Shown here: positions 9,658 through 19,077 of the stretch, piece by piece
How positions within the stretch are numbered: the stretch's first letter is position 1
Layout: every line of letters begins with the position of its first letter
Source: an uncultured Bacilli bacterium
GTDB lineage: Bacteria > Bacillota_I > Bacilli_A > RF39 > UBA660
Assembly: GCA_944358415.1 (NCBI GenBank)
Contig: CALVRA010000002.1
Location: 25,769-89,768 of the forward strand
Length of the DNA stretch: 64,000 nt
Direction of reading: 5' to 3'
The notes under the pieces: model-generated
Databases searched by the model: none
Seen by the model: only the letters and a program-made list of their open reading frames with translations
What the model was told of the DNA's origin: nothing
Translations under genes and position numbers: made by a program

Positions 9658-12099
9658 ATGAAGATGAAAACTGGATTTTTTAAGAAAAAAATTAAATTAT
9701 TTTCTTTTTTGTGTTTAATTTTATTAGTGCTTTTTGTTAATTTAGGTCCTATATTTGCTGGAACTATTAGTTCTTCAACTGATTATTACAAAGAAGAAAG
9801 ACAGTTTATGAGGAAAATTGAAATTATTCATGAAGCTTTTCCTAATCAAATTGATGAAGCGGCTTTATATGCAACTATTGCACATAGGGGAACTTCTACA
9901 GGCTATGTAAAACAGTCGTATGATCCTGATTTTGATGAAAATGCATATAGAACTATTATAGGTAATTTTAAAAGTGATGTTAATAGTGTATTTGGTAATC
10001 CACTTCAATATATTGATGTTCCAGCGTTAATTGAGTTATTTCTTAATGCGGTAGGAGCAGCTTTAAGTTGTGGGATAGAGGCTATAATGGGAACTGATGA
10101 AAATGGAAATGAGGTTCAAACTGGTATTGATACTAGTAATGCGGATGTTCCGTGCATGGTTAGAAAGTTATTGGAACCATATTTTAATAAATTAAATCAT
10201 ACATCTGAAAAAAATGTCGAAACTTCAGTTACACAACCACGTTCTATAGATTTGTTAATTGCAGCTACAATTATAATGCTTGATTCTAGTCATTGGACAG
10301 GTACTTATAGTGATGAGAATTATATGAAGGCTTTAGCTGGTGATGGACTTGTAGGTAATATGTTTGATGGTAGTGATCTTTTTCAGGCTGTTGCAGCTAC
10401 AGTTTTTAATGGGGTAATTTGTGGTGCATATTTTATTGCTGATATAGGAACTGGCGGAAATTTTGTTAATATTGCATTAACTCATTTTAATCCTTCTATG
10501 ACTTTTACAGAAGATGATTCTTTTGGACTTGAAGGTGCAAGTCCAGAGGATAAACTTAGTCGATATTATACGATGGCTAATATATGTTCCTATGGTTTTT
10601 TAGGAGGAACTTATGATTATTTAAGGAATTATACTTTGGAAACTGATGAACAAAAAGAGCAGTATCAGGCTAAGAAAGATCAAATAGCAGAGGAAATTAT
10701 TCAGCTTGCTGATTATTATAGAAGAATTTCTAAATATAATTCTTCTGGAGGCAGTGGTTCTTGTTCTGGAGGTGGAGGTGTTTGTTCTTATAAGATTCCT
10801 GGTGTTGATGGAGAAGTAAGTAATATTAAAGTTCAAACTATTCAAAGTGAGTATGGTAATGTGTCTGGTAAAGCTGGTGATGATATTCCTGGTGAGGGTT
10901 TAATTGATTTTGAGGATGATTATATACCAGGAGTTGTATATGCTGAATTTGGAGGAGCTGATTCTGAAACTAGAAAAGCTCAGGCAGTGGCTTCTAGAAG
11001 TTATGCTTTAACACGTGGTACTGCTATGAATGGAGCACTTAATATTGGACTTTCTATTGAAGCTGGACAATGGGTTTTAAGAATTAGAACTAGTACAAGT
11101 GATCAAGTATATTGTGATGTTAAGCAAGGTTGTTCAACATTAAATGGAAGTATGCAAGGTACAATTCATGGAGCATATACTGTATATGCAGGAGCAATTA
11201 ATGGATCTTTGACAAGGCAGCCACTTTCTGATCAAACTTTATTAGATGATGTTGCAGCAACTAGAGGACAGGTTGCAGTTGATGGTTCTGGATTTGTTGT
11301 GAATACTGGTTTTGTTTCTAGTGATCAAAGAGCTTGGCAAAGTGCGATAGGTTCTGGGAAAGATTATAAGCAAGCGATTATTGATCATTATAGTAGTAGA
11401 GGTGTAGTTGATGTGACTTCTACTTGTGATAATAGTTGTGGCAGTTCTGGTATTTATTCTAATGATGAGTTGGAGGAGTATTATCAATTGTCTAAAGCAG
11501 CAGTTAAGACAAATACTAGTGTTTCGGCTGATATGGCTGGGACAGAGTATGGTTCGCTTGATGGATTTAATGCGCATATCAAAGAAACAATTAATAATGC
11601 TGGATATGGCACTAGACAAGGTGTAGTAGCAGCTGGGGTGTCTTTGATTGGTGATTATATTAAGGCTACTGGTAAACGTATTAGATATAATCAGAATGCT
11701 GGATTTTGTCCGGGAATTACAACTGGTAGACAATCCGCCGAAACTGAGGGGGTTGTTGATAATCTTTATTTGGATTGTAGCGGTTTTGCTTGGTGGACTT
11801 TATATAATGCTGGGTTTAAGATACCTTGTTATCCGGAAACTAGTGGTATATATAGTTGGGCTAGAAATGCTGGGTATATAACTGATAGTAGAGCAGGTAA
11901 AGCTGGTGATTTTGCTGTTACTAAAGGAAAAGGACATGTTATGTTAATTGTTGGTACTTATGATGGTGGATATTATGTGGCTGAGGAAACAGGATGTAGT
12001 GAAGGTGGCGAGATTAATAAGCGTTCTTATGATAGTTTATCTAATTATGCAATTATAAATATGGATGAATATTATAATAATCCGTCTAATTTAAGGTGA
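9658..12099 (+). CDS. large multidomain conjugation-associated cell-wall hydrolase: SpoIID/LytB-like lytic transglycosylase domain plus C-terminal NlpC/P60 endopeptidase (CwlT-analog)
   Basis: 813 aa with an N-terminal signal/TM. Central block IPGVVYAEFGGADSETRKAQAVASRSYALTRG matches the SpoIID/LytB conserved core. C-terminus LDCSGFAWWTLYNAGF…GDFAV…GHVMLIVG is an NlpC/P60 triad. Carries a Cys/Gly-rich linker SGGSGSCSGGGGVCS. Confidence 0.6.
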   Translation: MKMKTGFFKKKIKLFSFLCLILLVLFVNLGPIFAGTISSSTDYYKEERQFMRKIEIIHEAFPNQIDEAALYATIAHRGTSTGYVKQSYDPDFDENAYRTIIGNFKSDVNSVFGNPLQYIDVPALIELFLNAVGAALSCGIEAIMGTDENGNEVQTGIDTSNADVPCMVRKLLEPYFNKLNHTSEKNVETSVTQPRSIDLLIAATIIMLDSSHWTGTYSDENYMKALAGDGLVGNMFDGSDLFQAVAATVFNGVICGAYFIADIGTGGNFVNIALTHFNPSMTFTEDDSFGLEGASPEDKLSRYYTMANICSYGFLGGTYDYLRNYTLETDEQKEQYQAKKDQIAEEIIQLADYYRRISKYNSSGGSGSCSGGGGVCSYKIPGVDGEVSNIKVQTIQSEYGNVSGKAGDDIPGEGLIDFEDDYIPGVVYAEFGGADSETRKAQAVASRSYALTRGTAMNGALNIGLSIEAGQWVLRIRTSTSDQVYCDVKQGCSTLNGSMQGTIHGAYTVYAGAINGSLTRQPLSDQTLLDDVAATRGQVAVDGSGFVVNTGFVSSDQRAWQSAIGSGKDYKQAIIDHYSSRGVVDVTSTCDNSCGSSGIYSNDELEEYYQLSKAAVKTNTSVSADMAGTEYGSLDGFNAHIKETINNAGYGTRQGVVAAGVSLIGDYIKATGKRIRYNQNAGFCPGITTGRQSAETEGVVDNLYLDCSGFAWWTLYNAGFKIPCYPETSGIYSWARNAGYITDSRAGKAGDFAVTKGKGHVMLIVGTYDGGYYVAEETGCSEGGEINKRSYDSLSNYAIINMDEYYNNPSNLR

Positions 12100-12103
12100 T
12101 TTT

Positions 12104-12829
12104 ATGAGAAAGAAAATATTAATATTATTAGGTTTTGTATTTTTAACATCAGGTTGTACTATAAATTATGATTTGTCAATTATGGATGGTAATTATACAG
12201 AAAAAATTGATAGTATAGAGACTAATTCAACGTATTTTGAGACTAATGATGAAGGGGTTATTCCAGCTAATGAGTTAAAAAAATTTTATTTAAAACAGCC
12301 CATACCACTTAGTGAATCCACACCGATGTTAGATGATGGTATGGGAACTGAAAATGATGCAGCTTATTATCATGTGGAGGATATTTCTAATAATAGTAGA
12401 GTCGGTCTTAGGTTTAATGGTTATTTTAGGTCAGTTGATTTAGCTGAGTCTAGAATGATTGATTATGGTTATAACCGTTTTTTAAAGGCAACAGTGAATG
12501 ATAATGTAATTTTGTCAACAGGTGAAAAATTAAAAATATTTGAGGAATACTCTAATTTAGATAGTGTAGTAATTAAAATTAAAACTAATCATAAGGTTAT
12601 TAAGGAAAATGCTGATAAGATAAATAAAAACACATATATTTGGAATGTTGATAGGAATAATTATTCTGATAAATCTATATATTTTGAGTTTGAAGCTGAA
12701 GGTCCTAAAGAAGGTGAACTAGGTTCTAGTATTTGGATATGGTTATTAATTATTATTGTATTTTTAGTTGTGGCTATATTTATAGGATTAAGAATTTATA
12801 AAAAGCATAAGAAAAGTAATAAAATATAA
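12104..12829 (+). CDS. lipoprotein with a C-terminal TM anchor (paralog of 8968..9642)
   Basis: Lipobox LTSGCTIN. C-terminal hydrophobic helix followed by KKHKKSNKI. Paralogous to the 224-aa lipoprotein. Confidence 0.45.
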   Translation: MRKKILILLGFVFLTSGCTINYDLSIMDGNYTEKIDSIETNSTYFETNDEGVIPANELKKFYLKQPIPLSESTPMLDDGMGTENDAAYYHVEDISNNSRVGLRFNGYFRSVDLAESRMIDYGYNRFLKATVNDNVILSTGEKLKIFEEYSNLDSVVIKIKTNHKVIKENADKINKNTYIWNVDRNNYSDKSIYFEFEAEGPKEGELGSSIWIWLLIIIVFLVVAIFIGLRIYKKHKKSNKI

Positions 12830-12955
12830 TTATTAACTATGAATAATAAGTTTTCATTAATAAAATCGTGTAAATAGAGGTAATATTAACAAATATTACT
12901 TTTTTATGGTATAATATTTTTGTTTAATAACTTATTTAATTGGGAGTGATAAAGC

Positions 12956-15196
12956 ATGAAATTAAAATTTAGAGCAGATAAAAAAGATTGGTTGATATTT
13001 GGAGGATATTGTATTGTATTACTTTATTTTGTGGCAATTGCTCTTTTAAATATTATTCAGTTTGCAAAAGGTGATTTAGATCATCCATTTCATGGTTTGA
13101 ATCCTTTTCCAGCTTTTTCAGCCGAGAATATTGGTATGACAATGGTTTGTTATATTATTGCTTTAGTAGCTAGTATTTTTAGTGTGTCTGATCGTTTTTT
13201 TGAAAGAGAAAAAGGCATAGGTTTTTCTACTGAGGCTAAGAAGGCTTCTAAAGGATATTCTAGGTGGACTAGTGTTGATGAGATGAAAAAAGAGCTTACA
13301 ATGGTTAAGGTTCAAGATGCAGAAGCTGATGCTGGTGGGCTTCCTTTAATTAATGATGGTAAAAAGATGTGGGTTGATAATGGTGAAGGTCATAATTTGA
13401 TTATAGGTTCTACTGGAGCTGGTAAAACACAGGTTGCAATTTTTCCACTTGTTCATTCACTTGCTAAAAATAATGAATCAATGATTATTACTGATCCAAA
13501 GGGTGAAATTTATGAGACAACTGCTGAAATGCTTAAAAAAAGAGGGTATAATGTAGTACTTTTAAATTTCCGTAATCCACAACAAGGTAGTGGTTGGAAT
13601 CCATTACATTTACCTTATAAATATTATAAAAATGGTAATTCTGATAAAGCTAATGAGCTTACGGATGACCTTGCTATGAATATTTTGTATGATGAAAATG
13701 CCCAAAATAGTGATCCATTTTGGGAAAAGACATCAGCTGATTATTTTTCTGGTATTTGTTTAGGTTTATTTGAAGATGCAAAAGAGGAAGAGATAAATTT
13801 AAATAGTGTTAATTTATTTACGACGGTTGGTGAAGATAGATGTGGTCCTAATTCGATATATGCGAATGAATATTTTAAGTTAAAAGATCCAATTTCTCCA
13901 GCTTATGTAAGTGCATCATCTACTATTTCTGCGCCTAATGAGACAAGAGGAAGTATTTTATCAGTGTTTAAGCAAAAGATTAGATTATTTGCTTCTCGTG
14001 AAAATTTATCAGAAATGCTTTCTCATAGTGATTTTGAGTTTGAAGATATTGGTAAGAAAAAAACTGCAGTATTTATTGTTATTCAAGATGAGAAAAAAAC
14101 TTATCACTCTTTAGTTACTATATTTTTGAAACAATGTTATGAGACACTTGTTGATTATGCCCAAAAATGTGGTGGAAAACTTCCATATAGGACTAATTTT
14201 TTGCTTGATGAGTTTGCGAATATGCCACCTTTAAAAGATGTTGATACTATGGTTTCAGCAGCTAGAAGTAGAAGAATGAGATTTTTCTTTGTTATTCAAA
14301 ACTTTGCTCAGCTTGCTGAGGTTTATGGTAAGGATAAGGGCGATACTATTAAAGGTAACTGTACAAATATTGTTTATTTGATTAGTACTGAGCTTGCCGC
14401 ACTAAAAGAGATTAGTGAGATGTGTGGTGAGGTTAAAGTTAAAACTGATAAAAAGGATAAGGATGGTAAGGCTATTGAAGAGACTAGGCCACTTATTACA
14501 GTTAGTGATTTACAAAAACTTAAAATGGGTGAGATAATTTTACTTAGACTTCGTATGGATCCTTTTAGAACTAAGTTAAAACTTAACTGGCAAATTGATT
14601 GGGGAGAAGCGGATAAATGTGAGAAAGCTACTTATCCTACAAGAGAAAAACAAAAGGTTCATACTTTTGATTTAAAAGCTTTTGTTAATGAGAAAAGAGA
14701 AGCAAAAAGAGAAGAGAGTATGAATAAGCTTATTAGTCAGGTTATGCCTAATATGAATAGGAATGCTGGTCTTCCTGGTATGAAATCTTCTGGAGTTAAA
14801 AAACCGATGTCAATGGAAGATATGCTTAAAAATATTGATAAAGCAGTTGAACGTTTAGAAAAAGAAGAAGCTCAGAAGAAAGCTAATATTATTGGTAAAA
14901 TTGAACCTGTAAAGGTACCTGCTAATATGGCTAATGATAGTAATATTAATCCTTCTAAAGTTATAGAAAAACCTGAAAAGAAAGATAAACTATCTAAACC
15001 AGTAATTAATGAGGCTGATTTTGCGGCTAAAATAACCAATAAGGTTAATAAGACCGTTAAAGATAATGAACATAGTCATGAAAAAAAGTCTCAGATATTA
15101 GATAAGAAAAATGTGGAAAAAGAAGATAAATATAATAGTGATTATGTAACTGATGATCAGTTTTTTGACGATTTTTTTGCGGACGATGATGATTAG
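12956..15196 (+). CDS. type IV coupling protein (VirD4/TraG/TraD family)
   Basis: Two N-terminal TM helices. Walker A motif LIIGSTGAGKTQ. Walker B motif FLLDEFANM. Long acidic/lysine-rich C-terminal tail. 746 aa. Confidence 0.7.
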   Translation: MKLKFRADKKDWLIFGGYCIVLLYFVAIALLNIIQFAKGDLDHPFHGLNPFPAFSAENIGMTMVCYIIALVASIFSVSDRFFEREKGIGFSTEAKKASKGYSRWTSVDEMKKELTMVKVQDAEADAGGLPLINDGKKMWVDNGEGHNLIIGSTGAGKTQVAIFPLVHSLAKNNESMIITDPKGEIYETTAEMLKKRGYNVVLLNFRNPQQGSGWNPLHLPYKYYKNGNSDKANELTDDLAMNILYDENAQNSDPFWEKTSADYFSGICLGLFEDAKEEEINLNSVNLFTTVGEDRCGPNSIYANEYFKLKDPISPAYVSASSTISAPNETRGSILSVFKQKIRLFASRENLSEMLSHSDFEFEDIGKKKTAVFIVIQDEKKTYHSLVTIFLKQCYETLVDYAQKCGGKLPYRTNFLLDEFANMPPLKDVDTMVSAARSRRMRFFFVIQNFAQLAEVYGKDKGDTIKGNCTNIVYLISTELAALKEISEMCGEVKVKTDKKDKDGKAIEETRPLITVSDLQKLKMGEIILLRLRMDPFRTKLKLNWQIDWGEADKCEKATYPTREKQKVHTFDLKAFVNEKREAKREESMNKLISQVMPNMNRNAGLPGMKSSGVKKPMSMEDMLKNIDKAVERLEKEEAQKKANIIGKIEPVKVPANMANDSNINPSKVIEKPEKKDKLSKPVINEADFAAKITNKVNKTVKDNEHSHEKKSQILDKKNVEKEDKYNSDYVTDDQFFDDFFADDDD

Positions 15197-15255
15197 GACC
15201 TATTTAATGGGTTCTTTTATTTTTTTTAAACATATAATATAGCAGAGGTGATTGG

Positions 15256-15537
15256 GTGGAAATTTCAATAGAGGATTTTTTAAAGATAAATAATCCTAAT
15301 GTTATTGATATAAGAAGTGTAGAAAAGTTTAATAGTAATCATATTCCTGGAGCATTAAATATAAATGCGACAGTTCTTTTAAATACACCTGAACGATTTT
15401 TAAAACCTAACTTAACTTATTATGTTTATTGTCAAAAGGGTAGTTCATCTAGGACTTTGGCTCAAGTGCTTAGGGTAAAAGGTTATAATGTGTTTAATAT
15501 TATGGGTGGATATGAGGCTTGGATTTTAAATTCGTAA
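15256..15537 (+). CDS. single-domain rhodanese (sulfurtransferase) protein
   Basis: 93 aa. Active-site loop YCQKGSSSR with the catalytic Cys. GTG start with an upstream agaggtg RBS. Confidence 0.6.
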   Translation: MEISIEDFLKINNPNVIDIRSVEKFNSNHIPGALNINATVLLNTPERFLKPNLTYYVYCQKGSSSRTLAQVLRVKGYNVFNIMGGYEAWILNS

Positions 15538-15622
15538 TATCAGAGTAATTTTCTGATATTTTTTTGATTAGAAAAAGGAATTTTGCTTTTTTTGTCGTAT
15601 GTTTATATATAGAGGTGGAAAT

Positions 15623-16516
15623 ATGCAATATTATGAAATGATAAAAGAAACATTAATTAAAAATGAAGTATATAAAAAAGTAAAAGATTATTCAAAAAAC
15701 AGAAGTGATTTAAATGCTTATTTTGAAGTAGGCAGATTAATTGTAGAAGCACAGGGTGGTGAGGCTAGAGCCAAATACGGAAATAAGTTAATTAAAGAAT
15801 ACTCAGAAAAATTAACTAAGGAACTTGGAAAAGGATATACTTATACTAATTTAAGTAGAATGCGTCAATTTTATTTGCTTTCTTTAAAAGTTGCCGCAGT
15901 GCGGCAACTATCTGGTCATTTAACGTGGACACATTATCGTATATTATTATCAATTAAAGATATTAATGAAATAAAATATTATGTTAATATTGCTATTTCA
16001 AATAATTTATCTTCCAGAGAACTTGAAAAATGTATCAAGTCAAATGAGTATGAAAGAATAGGTAAAGATGTAAATATCAATGAATCAAAAGTAAATAGTT
16101 TAATAAAAAATCCGATATTAATTAAAGTAAAAAATAAAAATGAAAAGTTAACTGAATTTGCTTTACATCAGTCCATCTTAGAAAACATTGATGAATTTTT
16201 AAGAGAGTTAGGAATTGGTTTTACTTATGTTGGTAGTGAAGTAAAAATAAAGTTGGGAGATAGATATAACTATATAGATTTTTTGTTATTTAATTATATT
16301 TATAATTGTTTCATAGTTATAGAACTTAAAGTAACTGAATTAAAAGCTGAATATATTGGACAAATCATTAAATATATAGGCTATGTAGATAAAAATATGA
16401 GAAAACCATTTCACGAAGAAACCGTTGGTGTAATTATTTGTAAAAAAGAAAATAAATATGTGATGGAGTACTGCACTAATCCTAATATATTTGTATCTAC
16501 ATATCAAACTATATAG
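15623..16516 (+). CDS. DUF1016 (YhcG-like) PD-(D/E)XK nuclease-domain protein, copy 1
   Basis: N-terminal YhcG-like region (…FEVGRLIVEAQGGEARAKYGNKLIKEYSE…). C-terminal PD-(D/E)XK-like IDFLLFN…VIELKV. ATG at 15623 with an agaggtgg RBS. Confidence 0.55.
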   Translation: MQYYEMIKETLIKNEVYKKVKDYSKNRSDLNAYFEVGRLIVEAQGGEARAKYGNKLIKEYSEKLTKELGKGYTYTNLSRMRQFYLLSLKVAAVRQLSGHLTWTHYRILLSIKDINEIKYYVNIAISNNLSSRELEKCIKSNEYERIGKDVNINESKVNSLIKNPILIKVKNKNEKLTEFALHQSILENIDEFLRELGIGFTYVGSEVKIKLGDRYNYIDFLLFNYIYNCFIVIELKVTELKAEYIGQIIKYIGYVDKNMRKPFHEETVGVIICKKENKYVMEYCTNPNIFVSTYQTI

Positions 16517-16530
16517 AAAGTGGTGATTAA

Positions 16531-17415
16531 ATGAATTATTATAACGAAATAAAAGATGTACTTGTAAAAAATGAAGTTTATAAAAAAGTAAAAGATTATT
16601 CAAAAAACAAAAGTGATTTAAATGCTTACTTTGAAGTAGGAAGATTAATAGTGGAAGCTCAGGGTGGAGAAACTAGAGCCAAATATGGAAATAAGTTAAT
16701 TAAAGAATACTCAGAAAAATTAACTAAGGAACTTGGTAAGGGGTATAATATTACTAGTTTAAAAGGAATGCGTCAGTTTTTTATAAAAAGTCCGACATTG
16801 TCGGACCAATTGTATTTTTTGAATTGGAGTCAAATTTTAGAAATTATTTATTTTGAAGATGATAAAAAAATAAATTATTATATTGAGCAATGTATTATTT
16901 TTAATTTATCGGTAAGAGAACTTAGAGAAAGAATTAAGTCAAAAGAATATGAAAGAATAGGAAAAAATATTAAATTAGAAGAGCTAAAAGTAAATAATCT
17001 AATTAAAAATCCAATACTAATTAAAGTAAAAAATAAAGATGAAAAGTTAACCGAATATGTTTTACATCATTTTATTTTAGAAAATATGGAAGATTTTTTA
17101 AAAGAATTAGGAATAGGTTTTGCATTTATTGGAAATGAAGTAAAAATAAAAATGGGTGATAGGTATAATTATATAGATTTTTTGTTATTTAATTATAAAT
17201 TTAACTGTTTTGTTGTAATCGAACTTAAAGTAACTGAATTAAAAGCTGAATATATTGGTCAAATAACTAAATATATAAATTATGTAGATAAAAATATTAA
17301 AGAAGTATTTCATGAAAAGACAGTAGGTGTAATCATTTGTAAAAAAGAAAATAAATATGTGATGGAGTACTGTACCAATCCTAATATATTTACAACTACT
17401 TATGAAACTGTTTGA
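16531..17415 (+). CDS. DUF1016 (YhcG-like) PD-(D/E)XK nuclease-domain protein, copy 2 (tandem paralog)
   Basis: Roughly 65% identical to copy 1 over its full length. Same architecture. Confidence 0.55.
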   Translation: MNYYNEIKDVLVKNEVYKKVKDYSKNKSDLNAYFEVGRLIVEAQGGETRAKYGNKLIKEYSEKLTKELGKGYNITSLKGMRQFFIKSPTLSDQLYFLNWSQILEIIYFEDDKKINYYIEQCIIFNLSVRELRERIKSKEYERIGKNIKLEELKVNNLIKNPILIKVKNKDEKLTEYVLHHFILENMEDFLKELGIGFAFIGNEVKIKMGDRYNYIDFLLFNYKFNCFVVIELKVTELKAEYIGQITKYINYVDKNIKEVFHEKTVGVIICKKENKYVMEYCTNPNIFTTTYETV

Positions 17416-17473
17416 TTTTCCTTGAATGTACATTTTATTTAAGATATAATGAATAAAGAATAGAGGTAATGAT

Positions 17474-18538
17474 ATGGAATATATTATAATTGGACTTTTA
17501 ATAATTGTACTAATTGTATCAATAATTAGTTTAACAAAAAATGTGAATGAATCTAATATTACTGAAAGACTTGGTAAGTTAGAAACAGAAATGGTAAAGG
17601 AATTAGGAGAGTTTAAAAGTGATATAAATAAAAATTTAATGGATGATTTTAATGCTTTAAATGAGAGGATTGAATACCGTTTAAATTTAATAAATGACAA
17701 GGTAAATGAGAGATTAGATCAGAATTTTGAAAAAACTAATAAAACATTTACCTCGGTTTTAGAAAGACTTTCTAAAATAGATGAGGCTCAAAAGAAAATT
17801 GATTCTCTATCTAGTGATATTGTTTCTTTACAATCTGTACTTACGGATAAGAAAACTAGAGGTATTTTTGGAGAGGTTAATTTAAAGCATATTTTAGTGA
17901 ATATTTTTGGAGAAAATAAAGATAGTATATATAAGATGCAGTATACATTGAGTAATGGGACAATTGCGGATAGTGTTATTTTCGCACCTGAACCTTTGGG
18001 TTTGATTGCGATTGATTCTAAATTTCCTTTAGAGGATTATCAGGCGATGGTTGATAAAAAAAATCCAAATCCTACACTTTCTGAGCGTAAATTTAAGGCA
18101 GATATGAAAAAACATATTGATGCGATTGCATCCAAATATATTATTCCTGGTGAAACAACTGATCAAGCGATACTTTTTCTACCGGCAGAGGCTATTTTTG
18201 CGGAAGTGAATGCTTATCATCAAGATATATTGGATTATGCTTATAGTAAAAGGGTTTGGATATGTGGTCCAACTACTTTAATTAGTACGCTTACAACTTT
18301 ACAAATTATTATTAAAAATATTGAAAGAGATAAATATACAAAAGTTATTCATAAGGAGCTTAAATTACTTGATTTGGAATTTAAAAGATATAAAGAAAGA
18401 TGGGATAAGCTTTCTAGGAGTATTGAGACAGTAAGCAAAGATGTAAAAGATATTCATACAACTACTGATAAAATTACAAAAAGGTTTAATGCGATTAACG
18501 AGGTTGAGGTGAAGGAGATTGGTCATGAAGAAAGTTAA
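17474..18538 (+). CDS. rmuC: DNA recombination protein RmuC
   Basis: N-terminal TM helix, a coiled-coil region, and the conserved RmuC block KKTRGIFGEVNLKHIL…IAIDSKFPLEDY. Confidence 0.65.
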   Translation: MEYIIIGLLIIVLIVSIISLTKNVNESNITERLGKLETEMVKELGEFKSDINKNLMDDFNALNERIEYRLNLINDKVNERLDQNFEKTNKTFTSVLERLSKIDEAQKKIDSLSSDIVSLQSVLTDKKTRGIFGEVNLKHILVNIFGENKDSIYKMQYTLSNGTIADSVIFAPEPLGLIAIDSKFPLEDYQAMVDKKNPNPTLSERKFKADMKKHIDAIASKYIIPGETTDQAILFLPAEAIFAEVNAYHQDILDYAYSKRVWICGPTTLISTLTTLQIIIKNIERDKYTKVIHKELKLLDLEFKRYKERWDKLSRSIETVSKDVKDIHTTTDKITKRFNAINEVEVKEIGHEES

Positions 18539-19070
18539 TATTTGTTTACTTATTATTACTTTAGGATGTGCTTTTTTTACAATTTTAGGTGAATTAGATA
18601 GAGGTATAGTGATTGTTTTAAAAGATTCTAGTATTGTTTTGACAGCAAGTTTACCTTTTATAGTTAATAAAATTTTTAAAGGGAAATTAAATGATGGAGT
18701 AACATTTGTATGGTTAATATTTATTTTTTTAGCTCATTATATGGGAGTTATTTTAGAACTTTATAATGAGTGGGAAGGCTTTGATAAGGTAGTCCATACT
18801 TTTTCAGGGGTGCTTACGGCTTATGCAGGAATGCTTTTTTTACCACAAAAAGTGGATAAAATTTGGTTTAAGGTTTTATTTATTGTTTCATTTAGTATGT
18901 TATGTGCATTTCTTTGGGAAACTTTTGAGTATGTGTGTAATATATTAGTTGGTGGCGATGCTCAAAGGGTGGCTGAGACAGGTGTGAATGATACGATGCT
19001 TGATATGATAGTGGCTTTTGGTGGTTCAATATTATTTAGTTTAGGTTTTTATATGAGAAAAAAGGGGTGA
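18519..19070 (+). CDS. small polytopic membrane protein (YjdF/DUF2238-like)
   Basis: 183 aa with 4-5 predicted TM helices. The HTFSG…WETFEY pattern resembles the YjdF family. Weak call. Confidence 0.3.
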   Translation: MVMKKVNICLLIITLGCAFFTILGELDRGIVIVLKDSSIVLTASLPFIVNKIFKGKLNDGVTFVWLIFIFLAHYMGVILELYNEWEGFDKVVHTFSGVLTAYAGMLFLPQKVDKIWFKVLFIVSFSMLCAFLWETFEYVCNILVGGDAQRVAETGVNDTMLDMIVAFGGSILFSLGFYMRKKG

Positions 19071-19077
19071 TAGTTTT

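Noticed and set aside
10621-11733. Minus-strand ORFs (74 and 163 aa) and short plus-strand ORFs inside the 813-aa hydrolase gene
   Set aside because: Low-complexity, Ser/Ile/Asn-rich translations of AT-rich antisense or off-frame sequence. Fully embedded in a strongly supported CDS.
16340-17700. Minus-strand ORFs (87 and 153 aa) overlapping the DUF1016 paralogs and rmuC start
   Set aside because: Antisense to well-supported CDSs. Ile/Phe/Asn-rich low-complexity translations.
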